A stretch of 19,295 nucleotides of DNA from a virus (IMGVR_UViG_2563366887_000005:1-19295), one strand, 5' to 3'; shown: positions 8,379-17,698, counted from the stretch's first letter. Translations and numbers: made by a program. Notes: a model not told the origin generated them from the letters alone.

Positions 8379-9412
8379 TGAGCAAGAAAAAAAGGAAAAC
8401 ACCGCAACCTGCGGCAAAAAAAATGACCGCCAGCGCCCCGAAAATGGAGGCATTCACCTTTGGTGAGCCGGTGCCGGTACTCGACCGCCGTGACATTCTG
8501 GATTACGTCGAATGCATCAGTAACGGCAGATGGTATGAGCCACCAATCAGCTTTACCGGTCTGGCAAAAAGCCTGCGTGCTGCCGTGCATCACAGCTCAC
8601 CGATTTACGTCAAACGCAATATTCTGGCTTCAACGTTTATCCCGCACCCGTGGCTGTCCCAGCAGGATTTCAGCCGCTTTGTGCTGGATTTTCTGGTGTT
8701 CGGTAATGCGTTTCTGGAAAAGCGTTACAGCACCACTGGTAAGGTCATCAGACTGGAAACCTCACCGGCAAAATATACCCGCCGTGGTGTGGAAGAGGAT
8801 GTTTACTGGTGGGTGCCGTCCTTCAACGAGCCGACAGCCTTCGCGCCCGGCTCCGTGTTTCACCTGCTGGAGCCGGATATTAATCAGGAGCTGTACGGCC
8901 TGCCGGAATATCTCAGCGCCCTTAATTCTGCCTGGCTGAATGAGTCGGCCACGCTGTTTCGCCGCAAGTATTACGAAAACGGCGCTCATGCCGGATACAT
9001 CATGTACGTCACCGATGCCGTGCAGGATCGCAACGATATCGAAATGCTTCGCGAAAACATGGTGAAGTCAAAAGGCCGCAATAACTTTAAAAATCTGTTT
9101 CTCTATGCCCCGCAGGGGAAAGCCGACGGCATTAAAATTATCCCCCTCAGTGAAGTGGCAACGAAAGACGATTTTTTTAATATCAAAAAAGCCAGCGCCG
9201 CTGACCTGCTGGACGCGCACCGCATCCCCTTTCAGTTGATGGGCGGCAAGCCGGAGAACGTCGGGTCGCTGGGTGATATTGAGAAAGTGGCAAAGGTCTT
9301 TGTCCGCAATGAGCTTATCCCGTTACAGGACAGGATCCGCGAGATAAACGGCTGGCTTGGTCAGGAGGTCATCCGCTTTAAAAACTACTCACTGGACACT
9401 GACAACGGTTGA
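8378..9412 (+). CDS. Q: Portal protein (gpQ-like), 344 aa
   Basis: Full-length 344-aa ORF immediately upstream of cos, as in P2; basic N-terminus MSKKKRKTPQPAAKK. Confidence 0.85.
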   Translation: MSKKKRKTPQPAAKKMTASAPKMEAFTFGEPVPVLDRRDILDYVECISNGRWYEPPISFTGLAKSLRAAVHHSSPIYVKRNILASTFIPHPWLSQQDFSRFVLDFLVFGNAFLEKRYSTTGKVIRLETSPAKYTRRGVEEDVYWWVPSFNEPTAFAPGSVFHLLEPDINQELYGLPEYLSALNSAWLNESATLFRRKYYENGAHAGYIMYVTDAVQDRNDIEMLRENMVKSKGRNNFKNLFLYAPQGKADGIKIIPLSEVATKDDFFNIKKASAADLLDAHRIPFQLMGGKPENVGSLGDIEKVAKVFVRNELIPLQDRIREINGWLGQEVIRFKNYSLDTDNG

Positions 9413-9417
9413 ACATC

Positions 9418-9439
9418 GCCGCCTGCGGGCGGCTTTTTT
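9418..9439 (+). terminator. Rho-independent terminator after Q
   Basis: GCCGCC-TGCG-GGCGGC hairpin followed by TTTTTT. Confidence 0.7.
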
Positions 9440-9581
9440 ACAGCCCGTCATCACGCCCTCACACGCTCACCACCGTACAAAACATCCCGCAGACACACCA
9501 ACACCCCAACGGGCACACTAAACGCCGCCACGACGCGCTCAGACGCTGAAAAAATAAAATCAGCACCACCGCCAGCGCGCA

Positions 9582-9600
9582 GTGCTTTCCCCGCCTCGCC
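9582..9600. other. cos site (19-nt cohesive-end sequence GTGCTTTCCCCGCCTCGCC, reverse complement of the P2/P4 cos GGCGAGGCGGGGAAAGCAC)
   Basis: Exact match to the P2 cohesive end as I recall it, located about 170 bp past the Q stop in the expected orientation. Confidence 0.75.
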
Positions 9601-9838
9601 CGCCCGCTTCATGGGGCGATTTTAATGCAGTGGCATGATTTAGCCGAATCCGCGCCATTGTTGACATTGATGTTTTGATATGGATATGGCGTAAGCATGC
9701 GAATTCATTCAAGATGATGCAAGAATGATGAAATTATGGTACAGATCGATTAGCCATAATATGCCCCACGTTGTTACATGTGGTTCATAAGAGTTATGGC
9801 TCATAGGGATTTATACAAAATATATATAGGTAATTATC

Positions 9839-10903
9839 ATGTCAGGTGAAACTCAAAATATTTCAGCAATGGCAGAAAAAATATCTTCAGACCTATTCAA
9901 ATGGTTTAAGTGGGAACTCGTTGGTCCAACCAATGAAAACTTTCCATGCATGAAAAAAGATCAACATAAAACACTAGCCGGAACACATCCAACTGATGTT
10001 GTATTTTCTTATAAAGATCCCTATTTGAATAGAACTATTTTTTTAAATACTGATTTAAAAAGCTATATTAAAGGCTCAATTACAGCAACTAAAATGCGCA
10101 ATGCTTTAGTATCTCTGGCTAATTCTATTGACTGTGCTCAAGGTTGTAAAGAATGGAAGGAGCGTTATTCTTATAAAAATGGTGCATCAGAAGTCAGAGG
10201 CATGCTCTTTGTATACAACCATGACGGAGACTTTGACCAATCTTTTTATGATGTATTCTATCAATCTCACAATACTGAAACTGATAAGAAGAAAAGAGGT
10301 ATTAATCTTGACAATATACCGGTAAGAGCCGGTCAAAAAATACACATCATTGAACCAAGAACTATAAACTACTTGCAGTCAATAATCTGCGATTTATCAC
10401 AACTAAGCCACAAAAGAGAGTTTCCACTCGGTAAAAAATATCAATTCTTTTACCCAGACCTTTCACTACATAAAGTAAGCGGTTCGCCCGAAGAACTTCC
10501 AGCAACTGTAGAATTATTGACAGGCCCATTCCTTATTATAAAACATAATGACGTCAGACATTGCAATGAAGAAACATCACAATGGGAAACTACATTTAAA
10601 CATGGTTACATTATTTATTACAATGGCGAAGGAAAAAACGAGCTAGAGTTTATTTATATTCTAGACACGCTATCTAAATATCAATTACTAGATGGCAATG
10701 AAAATATAAGAATTAGAATAGTTAACCCTAACATACATAAAGATGTTCGCAGTATTTTTATGCGTGCGAAGGATAGTTATTGTCAAGAATGGGGGTTCGA
10801 TGAACATAAAAAAACGATAATAGATGCTATTGATTTTCAACAGGTAGAATTTACAAAGCCTCGTTTTAGTTCGGTAGAGATTGGTTGGGAGCGACAGGCA
10901 TGA
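9839..10903 (+). CDS. Hypothetical protein, 354 aa; first gene of the hotspot cassette; possible N-terminal PD-(D/E)xK-like nuclease motif (D53 ... D72-L-K74)
   Basis: Long ORF in an A+T-rich island; no resemblance to any P2 protein I know; stop overlaps the next start (ATGA). The motif assignment is from visual inspection only. Confidence 0.7.
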   Translation: MSGETQNISAMAEKISSDLFKWFKWELVGPTNENFPCMKKDQHKTLAGTHPTDVVFSYKDPYLNRTIFLNTDLKSYIKGSITATKMRNALVSLANSIDCAQGCKEWKERYSYKNGASEVRGMLFVYNHDGDFDQSFYDVFYQSHNTETDKKKRGINLDNIPVRAGQKIHIIEPRTINYLQSIICDLSQLSHKREFPLGKKYQFFYPDLSLHKVSGSPEELPATVELLTGPFLIIKHNDVRHCNEETSQWETTFKHGYIIYYNGEGKNELEFIYILDTLSKYQLLDGNENIRIRIVNPNIHKDVRSIFMRAKDSYCQEWGFDEHKKTIIDAIDFQQVEFTKPRFSSVEIGWERQA

Positions 10904-12012
10904 AAATTGGATTATATAGTGTAAATGATAAGGCAATGTTTGACGCATTGAATCAAACTAAAGTCACTCATGAAGATATGAAAAGTCTCTTTTTTAAAAG
11001 AGGAATGATTATATCCAAAGAGACTAAACGAAAAACATTGGCTTTGGATTTTTCCAGATACTATCATGGCTATTCTGATTTTGAATTTCTTTCAAACATA
11101 CTCGGTTCTGTTGGGCGGAGAGAAAAAGTATCAATTAACATTATTAATACAAATATAGATAAAAATAGTATGGAAAATACTATTAAATCTATTTGTGAAG
11201 ATCTTCAAAAAGAAGGCGATATAACTAATATAAATTACACCGAGAATGGTTTTGAAGTATCAATCAAATATGTGAAACTAGATTTCAAAATGAGCGAGTT
11301 TCGCCAATCCTCATCACGTGAAGCCAAAATACAAGTTGAAATGAATGAAAGCGGTGAATTTATCACCCGTTTCCCTCAAAATGCTAAAGCAAGGGAATTC
11401 AACGAGCGCCTCGTGGAGAAGATCAAAGAAGACAACAATGAGGATCCAGCCAGTCTTGATGAAATTTCGCTCGAAACTGTTAAATCACCAGCGGAAAGAA
11501 GCAAGTTTTTTGAGCAACTAATCTCAAGCATACCTAACTACAAATGCATTGACGTATCGGATGTATACGTTACGCATCCAATTCTTGAGTCAAATAAGTC
11601 TAACGAAAATGAAGATGATTCTGATGATGACGATACAATTATTGACACAGGATATCATATCTCCAAAGCTTCATTAAAAGGGCGCAGCGTTCTTGACTCT
11701 CTCGAGTTTAAAGAGTTGTTAGGAAAAGGATTTTATATTACCAAAATCATTTGGAGTTCTGTTGTTGACACTTATAAAGACTCGGACAAATATGAATTCG
11801 AGGCTCAATTTGTCGACCCAGATAATTGCAAGTTATTCTCGTATATCGTTCGCGGTGTTTATAAGTACAAAAATATAAACGAATATGCAAATCGTCAAAA
11901 TGTAGATAAAGAGAAGGAAAAACTGCTATTATTAGCACTTGAAAAAACCGCTCGCGAAATTTCAAACAGTATTATCGCCTCAAACACAATTGAGGTTGTT
12001 ACTGATAAATAA
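10900..12012 (+). CDS. Hypothetical protein, 370 aa; second gene of the hotspot cassette; contains an acidic DDSDDDD stretch
   Basis: ATG at 10900 overlaps the upstream TGA (translational coupling), with GGGAG 8 nt upstream; the ORF-track start at 10885 is a TTG and is less likely. Confidence 0.7.
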   Translation: MKIGLYSVNDKAMFDALNQTKVTHEDMKSLFFKRGMIISKETKRKTLALDFSRYYHGYSDFEFLSNILGSVGRREKVSINIINTNIDKNSMENTIKSICEDLQKEGDITNINYTENGFEVSIKYVKLDFKMSEFRQSSSREAKIQVEMNESGEFITRFPQNAKAREFNERLVEKIKEDNNEDPASLDEISLETVKSPAERSKFFEQLISSIPNYKCIDVSDVYVTHPILESNKSNENEDDSDDDDTIIDTGYHISKASLKGRSVLDSLEFKELLGKGFYITKIIWSSVVDTYKDSDKYEFEAQFVDPDNCKLFSYIVRGVYKYKNINEYANRQNVDKEKEKLLLLALEKTAREISNSIIASNTIEVVTDK

Positions 12013-12023
12013 AAGGAGTTGTT

Positions 12024-12695
12024 ATGAAAACAAAATGGTTTACTGCCAACTTCCCTGCTGGACTTGATAGTTTATATCAGTCTATCATTAACACTCCTTT
12101 TGATAGTGATAAAGGCTGGGGATTTAGTATCAACTCATATGAAGAAAATGCAATATCATCTCGATACATCGAGAAAGTAGAGGTCAACGAGATAATCGTT
12201 GATCCATATGGAAACGAGACTCAATATACACAGCTAAAATATATTCAATTTAACTTTTGGCTTTACACAACAAAAGGTAAAAACTTCATCTTAATCATTG
12301 AGTCGCCTCCCAGAAGCATTAAGAACTTCATATCAAACATAATTAAATCAACACATTCTGATTTTAATGTGTCAAATCTCAACATCAAAATTGAGGACTT
12401 CATTTATTTCCTGACCCCGCACTTTGAAAAAATACAAGTGCACAAGGCAAAATTAAAAGACTTAACGTTTAGCAAACACACATCCGGCATACTGGAACTT
12501 GAGTCATCAAGTGACGCACTTATGGAAATAAGAAACATTTTCAAAAATGCAAATTTTACAATTGATAAAGTTAAACTTAATGTTAAGGATGTGACCGGTT
12601 ATGAGTCATTAGAAATTAACACAAATGGGTCCATTTCACTTTCAGAGCAAATTTTTGACAAGGTGTATCTAACCATAGAAAGATTTGCCCTTTAA
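12024..12695 (+). CDS. Hypothetical protein, 223 aa; third gene of the hotspot cassette
   Basis: Strong SD (AAGGAG) 6 nt upstream of the ATG; 11-nt gap after gene 2; followed by a terminator. Confidence 0.7.
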   Translation: MKTKWFTANFPAGLDSLYQSIINTPFDSDKGWGFSINSYEENAISSRYIEKVEVNEIIVDPYGNETQYTQLKYIQFNFWLYTTKGKNFILIIESPPRSIKNFISNIIKSTHSDFNVSNLNIKIEDFIYFLTPHFEKIQVHKAKLKDLTFSKHTSGILELESSSDALMEIRNIFKNANFTIDKVKLNVKDVTGYESLEINTNGSISLSEQIFDKVYLTIERFAL

Positions 12696-12735
12696 GTTAA
12701 CAATACAATTCAATTCTTTTGATGTAATAAAAACG

Positions 12736-12766
12736 GCCTCATTAAAAATGAGGCTTATCGTTTTAT
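12736..12766 (+). terminator. Rho-independent terminator ending the hotspot operon
   Basis: GCCTCATT-AAA-AATGAGGC hairpin followed by a T-rich tract (TTATCGTTTTATT). Confidence 0.65.
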
Positions 12767-12860
12767 TATTGTAGCCATGCCATCTGGTTTTCACCTTTTC
12801 CTCCAGCACAGTATTAATACACACCTTATATAGTTTTATCTCTTAGATATTCACACTATT

Positions 12861-15140
12861 TCAATCTATTACAGTTGTGAACCCTGGCCATCCATCAGCG
12901 ACCGGATAAGCGAATTTTTTCCCGTCATAATTTACGGTCGCGCCACGCGCCAGCGCCTCAAGCTCCCATCGCTGTGGCCTGATACCGTTCTGAGCAAGGT
13001 CAACGCGGATACGGGTAATTTGCATTCGTTCCGACCGAGTCAGTCTGGCCGATGGCGCTATTTCATGCGGTTTTAACGGGCTTCCGTTTCTTTGCTGACG
13101 GTTTGGTCTTCTCAGACCGTGTTTTAATGCACCTCTGAGCGCCCTCACGACCTCCTGGTCATTCCATTCGATAACACCGTCATCTACCAGATTAAGCACT
13201 GCTACGGCGTGTTCAGAAGGCGTGGGAGCCGGTAACGAAGTATCACCACCGGTGAGCTTTCCACAGTTATTGACAGGACTCCGAGGCGCGGCGATGCCGC
13301 TTTTTAAAGTCAAAGGCTCAACGACCGGAACTTTCGGCACAATGCGCCAGTCCGTCGTTCTGGTGATATGAATATGACGCGCGCCGAGATGCGGCGCGTA
13401 AATGCCGACCACTCTCTCGACTTCTTCCTCGTACTCGTTAACGTCATCCGACGGGCTACGGGCGACCCTGACAGTCTGACAATCGCGCGGGACATTTGCC
13501 CCGCCCTGCGCGCTGATATACAACGCAAAATCACCACTGTCTGCGGCGGCGCGTGCAGCCTCGACGCGTTCGTCAAACTCATCAGCAATGCTGACGCCGC
13601 GAGGCAATTTGCGTAGCTCACGGTAAGCCCCCATTGTCGGCAGGCCAACCGTTTTAAATTGCGGAATGCGCCACGTTGACGCCCATGCGGTAACAGCCGC
13701 GGCAGTATCTTTCAGCGGCCTGCCAGTATCGTTATCGAGCTGACCATCCAGTGCATAGCCGTCGATGTTTTTTGAGATGTATTTCGCGATATATCCCGCA
13801 GCACCGCCCCGGTTAAGGTGTTTTGCCTGAAAACGGTTTCGCGCAGCGCCTCTTTCGTCACCATCCTCTTTGAGCGCATAGCGACGCATGATTTCGATAA
13901 TCTGGTTACGCTGGCGTGGATTACAAAAAAGCATCATATGCCAGTGCGGCGTTCCGTCGTGGTGTGGCTCGACGACACGCAAACCGTAGACCTGTAAATC
14001 ATTATCCTTGAATGCCGTGCGCATCAGGCTCCAGATATGGCAGAGATAACGCTGCGCATCCTTTGGATTAAATGCCTCATCATTCCAGCCGTGATTTAGC
14101 TGGACGGTTTTACTTTCGCCTTTTCCGACCTGACGTGTCGGGTGATACTTTGACGGCGCGGTCAGCGTGATAAACATCCCCACATCACCCTCTGCGGCGG
14201 CATAACGCTCAATTCCGGCGATGGTGTTCATCAGCTCCATCCGGCGAATTTCAGGATTAGAAATACTGCCCATCACCTTACTGATAAGGTCGATGCGCTC
14301 GCCGGTTTCCCTGTTTTCAAGGTCACACGATTTAAGAAATTCCAGATTTGCCTGGCGGCGTGCACGCACATCACGAATGGCATGTTTACTGGCATAAGGA
14401 GAACGGTCTTTATTGACCTCCCCGACAGCAATCAGTAACGCCTCATGCCAGCGCATACGCTGGCCTTTAAGCTGATGAGTCCACCACTCATCGTTAAACA
14501 GACGGGCAATGGCAGAATATGCCTGCCTCGTGGTTATCTGTCCTTTACGGTATTTTTTCCAGTAGAGCGGGGAAATATTGAAAGCACGTGCAGCGCCAGC
14601 AACATGACCATACAGGTGAGTCTGCGCCTCATCCGTAAACAGCGATTCTTTTTCGCCATGTGCATCAACCCATGCATCGCAGAGTTCCTCATACATCATG
14701 AAAAGCTGCGATGAGATACGGGCGGCAAACTTTTTCAGCTCCTTGTCATTCATCCCCGGCAGGCGCGCATAGTGGTCACGCTCTGCCAGAAACAGTAACG
14801 ACGCGTCGGTGTTCATTTCATGGCGCTGATTCACGCGCTCAATGCGCGGCCATAAACGACGCTGAAAAGTGGATGTGAGGAAATAAAACCCGTGCACCGG
14901 GCTTTTATTGCGCCGGATGTAGTCATAGCGTGAAGTAAACAGCGAGCGCAAAAAGTAAGGCAGGCGGTTAATCGTGGATAAAACACCTTGCACCTGACGC
15001 ATCTCGTCACGTGTAAGGGGTCTTTCGCGCCCGACAGCCTCGCGTGGCGCGTTCCATGCATAAGCACCGGTAAACGCCTTACCGGTGCCTGCGGCAAATG
15101 CTGACGGAGGGACAAAACGCCCGGAGGCTTTAACGGCCAT
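12861..15140 (-). CDS. A: P2 gpA-like replication initiation endonuclease (rolling-circle initiator)
   Basis: Translation MAVKASGRFVPPSAFAAGTGKAFTGAYAWNAPREAVGRERPLTRDEMRQVQGVL... matches P2 A along its length as I recall it; start taken at ATG 15140 rather than the upstream TTG. Confidence 0.9.
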   Translation of the reverse strand: MAVKASGRFVPPSAFAAGTGKAFTGAYAWNAPREAVGRERPLTRDEMRQVQGVLSTINRLPYFLRSLFTSRYDYIRRNKSPVHGFYFLTSTFQRRLWPRIERVNQRHEMNTDASLLFLAERDHYARLPGMNDKELKKFAARISSQLFMMYEELCDAWVDAHGEKESLFTDEAQTHLYGHVAGAARAFNISPLYWKKYRKGQITTRQAYSAIARLFNDEWWTHQLKGQRMRWHEALLIAVGEVNKDRSPYASKHAIRDVRARRQANLEFLKSCDLENRETGERIDLISKVMGSISNPEIRRMELMNTIAGIERYAAAEGDVGMFITLTAPSKYHPTRQVGKGESKTVQLNHGWNDEAFNPKDAQRYLCHIWSLMRTAFKDNDLQVYGLRVVEPHHDGTPHWHMMLFCNPRQRNQIIEIMRRYALKEDGDERGAARNRFQAKHLNRGGAAGYIAKYISKNIDGYALDGQLDNDTGRPLKDTAAAVTAWASTWRIPQFKTVGLPTMGAYRELRKLPRGVSIADEFDERVEAARAAADSGDFALYISAQGGANVPRDCQTVRVARSPSDDVNEYEEEVERVVGIYAPHLGARHIHITRTTDWRIVPKVPVVEPLTLKSGIAAPRSPVNNCGKLTGGDTSLPAPTPSEHAVAVLNLVDDGVIEWNDQEVVRALRGALKHGLRRPNRQQRNGSPLKPHEIAPSARLTRSERMQITRIRVDLAQNGIRPQRWELEALARGATVNYDGKKFAYPVADGWPGFTTVID

Positions 15141-15405
15141 ATGAGCCAAAAGCCTCTGAACAACGCTTGCTGAGTTGCTCAACCTGCGCGTTTAAATCAG
15201 CAAAAGACTTTGCGCTTCCGGTCAGAATATCGTGATGCATCAGGCCGGAAACGAGCTGGCTTAATTTCGGGTAATAACCAACCACCGCCAGCCATTCCTG
15301 ACCGGCGTTTTTACCGCTTTCCGCTCTCTTTTTCTCGTGGAGAATAAACTGAAAGCTGTCACTGGTAACGACATAACGTTCGCCAATTTCGATACGAATA
15401 CTCAT
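15130..15405 (-). CDS. P2 Orf83-like small protein
   Basis: 91-aa ORF translationally coupled to orf82 (ATGA overlap) and abutting A; position matches the P2 orf80-83 block. Confidence 0.65.
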   Translation of the reverse strand: MSIRIEIGERYVVTSDSFQFILHEKKRAESGKNAGQEWLAVVGYYPKLSQLVSGLMHHDILTGSAKSFADLNAQVEQLSKRCSEAFGSYGR

Positions 15406-15626
15406 GCCATTCTCCGGTAATGTTTGTTTTTTGCTTCAAAGACTGACTGACAGGAAACACAACGCGTGGCTGACGGATAAGCCGCACGACGGGCAGCAGG
15501 TATTGGCGCGTCACACTCTTCGCAAACCAGCGCAGAAACACCGCAATGCTTTACCCTTGCCGCGTTAATCTGGCGCTCCAGTAATTCAGCCTTTTGTTCC
15601 TGAATAAAATCTACGTTGTCCGGCAT
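15402..15626 (-). CDS. TraR/DksA-family C4 zinc-finger protein (P2 Orf82-like)
   Basis: Translation has CEECDAPIP...CVSCQ, two CxxC pairs; 74 aa. Confidence 0.75.
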   Translation of the reverse strand: MPDNVDFIQEQKAELLERQINAARVKHCGVSALVCEECDAPIPAARRAAYPSATRCVSCQSVFEAKNKHYRRMA

Positions 15627-15928
15627 TACCAGCTCCTTTTGTCGTTCAGCTTCTTAAATTCATCAGCGCAATAGCTGGCAATTTCTGTCGTTAATTTCGT
15701 CAGTTCATCCACGGAGGAGATTTGCTTGTGAAATACAGCGCGTTTAACAAGTAAATTGACCACATCAGACAGGAGATTTAATTCGTTCTGATAAATCGCG
15801 ATAACAGACTCAGTTATTTCGCGTTTTTCTTTATCAAGACCAAGTTGAATAAGAGACAAATCACCATTTTTCATAACGGCGATTTTTAAGGCGTTATTCA
15901 GTAATACAACTGAACGAGAACAGGACAT
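15626..15928 (-). CDS. P2 Orf81-like hypothetical protein
   Basis: ORF with ATG at 15928 overlapping the upstream stop; conserved position. Confidence 0.6.
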   Translation of the reverse strand: MSCSRSVVLLNNALKIAVMKNGDLSLIQLGLDKEKREITESVIAIYQNELNLLSDVVNLLVKRAVFHKQISSVDELTKLTTEIASYCADEFKKLNDKRSW

Positions 15929-16152
15929 CAAAGCACCTCCCCGCGAGACAATCCGATATTGTGAAATTTTTCCGACTCCTGACTGAGCAGCTCGACTATC
16001 TCCACGCGGGATAACTCCGCCTTTGTGATGTGGCGAATCATGGCGTCAAGATGAGAAGAAAAGCGCGTCGCTGCGTCGGCCTGTGCTTCGGTTCTGGCCT
16101 GTTGCAGCAGTAATGCGTATTTACCGCACTGATTTTCAGAAACTGTATGCAT
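15928..16152 (-). CDS. P2 Orf80-like hypothetical protein
   Basis: ATG at 16152 with a GGAG SD; the ORF-track start (TTG at 16185) is less likely. Confidence 0.6.
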   Translation of the reverse strand: MHTVSENQCGKYALLLQQARTEAQADAATRFSSHLDAMIRHITKAELSRVEIVELLSQESEKFHNIGLSRGEVL

Positions 16153-16215
16153 GACTTTCTCCAGGCAAAAAGAAGCCCCGCACAATTAAGTGCGTTAAAA
16201 ACTCTGGTTAATTAC

Positions 16216-16716
16216 TTAATGCAGATATTGCTCTGGTTTTACCGACGTCAGAATTGTCGGTGCATACTCAAACAGACTGAATAATTCACGTAATGCACGG
16301 AATAAAGCATCACGCCAGTAACATGACTCTTCATTAATTCGCCAGTATGGCTGGTTGAATTCTTTTTCAGTCAATCCGGCATGCATAAATAAAGTACGGC
16401 GCTGACTGACAGTTAAAAAGCTAATATATGCATACTCACTTGCACCGACCTGACGGCGTTTTGAGAATGCACCACGCAATTCATCAATTGCACAAACCAG
16501 TCGTTCACGTTCGACGTCGTTCATTTCTTCAAAACGCATCGTTGCGTGACGCTGTTTTAACTGCGCATGAAAGCAAACCGTTAGCCGTTCGCGTTCCATC
16601 ATCTGATTATAATAATCGCATGTCTCCTGCCAGCGAGGGACGGCCAGATGCTTACCAATTATCCGGCGCATAGTTGCTGGCTGTTTTTCAACAAGATTGA
16701 GCGTCATCACTGTCAT
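16216..16716 (-). CDS. B: P2 gpB-like replication protein (helicase loader), 166 aa
   Basis: 166-aa ORF, MTVMTLNLVEKQPATMRRIIGKHLAVPRWQETCDYYNQ...; position between cox/orf78 and orf80. Confidence 0.85.
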   Translation of the reverse strand: MTVMTLNLVEKQPATMRRIIGKHLAVPRWQETCDYYNQMMERERLTVCFHAQLKQRHATMRFEEMNDVERERLVCAIDELRGAFSKRRQVGASEYAYISFLTVSQRRTLFMHAGLTEKEFNQPYWRINEESCYWRDALFRALRELFSLFEYAPTILTSVKPEQYLH

Positions 16717-16883
16717 TTCCAGAACCTCCGGCTTTTCAGAAAGGTCAGAGCCTTCTTTAACGGACTCTGTTTTTTGGTGCGGATAATGATTCCCTTACGC
16801 CCCTTACCGTGGGTAATGGTGAAGTCAATCGCCCTGGGGCTTTCGTTACGCAGTAACTGAGCAATACAACGAGGCTCATTCAT
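16713..16883 (-). CDS. P2 Orf78-like small protein
   Basis: Small ORF from ATG 16883, stop overlapping the B start; the ORF-track start at 16907 is GTG. Confidence 0.55.
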   Translation of the reverse strand: MNEPRCIAQLLRNESPRAIDFTITHGKGRKGIIIRTKKQSPLKKALTFLKSRRFWK

Positions 16884-16893
16884 ACGGTTCTCC

Positions 16894-17169
16894 TTAACGT
16901 GGTTCACCGAGACCTAACCACATCAACCAGCCGTCACGAATCTCTTTAGGGCGGCTTTCATAAGCCAGTTTTAGTCCGTTATTCCATGCCGGAAGGTATA
17001 CCCAATATTCACCTGCACGACCTGAAGCTGATTGTGGATCGGTCATATCAATTACAGGCAGCTTTCCTTTATCGATCATCCGACGAACCGCTCCTGTCGA
17101 TTTTCCTATTAGTTTTGCGAACTCCTGATAAGGAATCGCATCAGTCATGAGTGTTACTTGCTTGCTCAT
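16894..17169 (-). CDS. cox: Cox (excisionase / directionality factor and Pc repressor), 91 aa
   Basis: 91-aa ORF divergent from C, MSKQVTLMTDAIPYQEFAKLIGKSTGAVRRMIDKGKLPV... with an HTH. Confidence 0.85.
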   Translation of the reverse strand: MSKQVTLMTDAIPYQEFAKLIGKSTGAVRRMIDKGKLPVIDMTDPQSASGRAGEYWVYLPAWNNGLKLAYESRPKEIRDGWLMWLGLGEPR

Positions 17170-17283
17170 GTCGTCCTCCAGCCCTCATGAATTGCGTTTA
17201 ATGCCTTATAATGCCTTTTAGTGCCCACATCCAAGCACTAAACAATCTACATCTAAACTGAATACTATTGAGATCTAAACACC
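17170..17283. promoter_or_regulatory. Early control region: face-to-face Pe/Pc promoters and C operators between cox and C
   Basis: Divergent cox/C arrangement as in P2; individual promoter and operator elements not resolved. Confidence 0.5.
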
Positions 17284-17583
17284 ATGTCAAACACGATAAG
17301 CGAGAAGATAGTCTTAATGCGAAAATCTGAGTATTTGAGCAGACAACAACTTGCTGATTTAACAGGGGTTCCGTATGGCACGCTGAGTTACTATGAAAGT
17401 GGTCGTTCAACACCTCCAACAGATGTCATGATGAACATCCTGCAGACCCCACAATTCACCAAATACACTTTATGGTTCATGACCAATCAGATCGCTCCTG
17501 AGTCCGGGCAAATTGCGCCCGCTCTCGCACACTTTGGGCAAAACGAAACAACGTCGCCCCACTCCGGTCAAAAGACTGGTTAA
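17284..17583 (+). CDS. C: Immunity repressor C, 99 aa
   Basis: 99-aa ORF with an N-terminal HTH (LSRQQLADLTGVPYGTLSYYESGRSTP). Confidence 0.85.
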   Translation: MSNTISEKIVLMRKSEYLSRQQLADLTGVPYGTLSYYESGRSTPPTDVMMNILQTPQFTKYTLWFMTNQIAPESGQIAPALAHFGQNETTSPHSGQKTG

Positions 17584-17698
17584 CAATTCATCGTGAATAT
17601 ATTCATCACAAGTGCCTACTATTGGTGGCTAAATTTCAGCCACCACGAAAAAAGCGATTAGTAGTCGCAAAAAAACACACCACTCGGAGGGTTTTCTG

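Noticed and set aside
8460-8939. 159-aa ORF in an alternative frame inside portal gene Q
   Set aside because: Cys/Arg/Trp-rich frame artefact; overlaps a confident gene on the same strand.
9839-12695. Possibility that the hotspot cassette is simply the P2 old/tin/orf91 genes
   Set aside because: Old is a roughly 590-aa ATPase-nuclease with Walker motifs; none of the three proteins has a P-loop or matches Old or Tin in size or sequence as I recall them.
13310-13648. ORFs on both strands inside gene A
   Set aside because: Embedded in a gene that matches P2 A along its whole length; no independent support.
12861-15182. Initial impression that the 773-aa protein is a P4 alpha primase and that the right end is a P4-like satellite
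   Set aside because: The sequence matches P2 gpA, and the neighbouring genes are P2 B, cox, C and int, so this is the P2 early region rather than a satellite.
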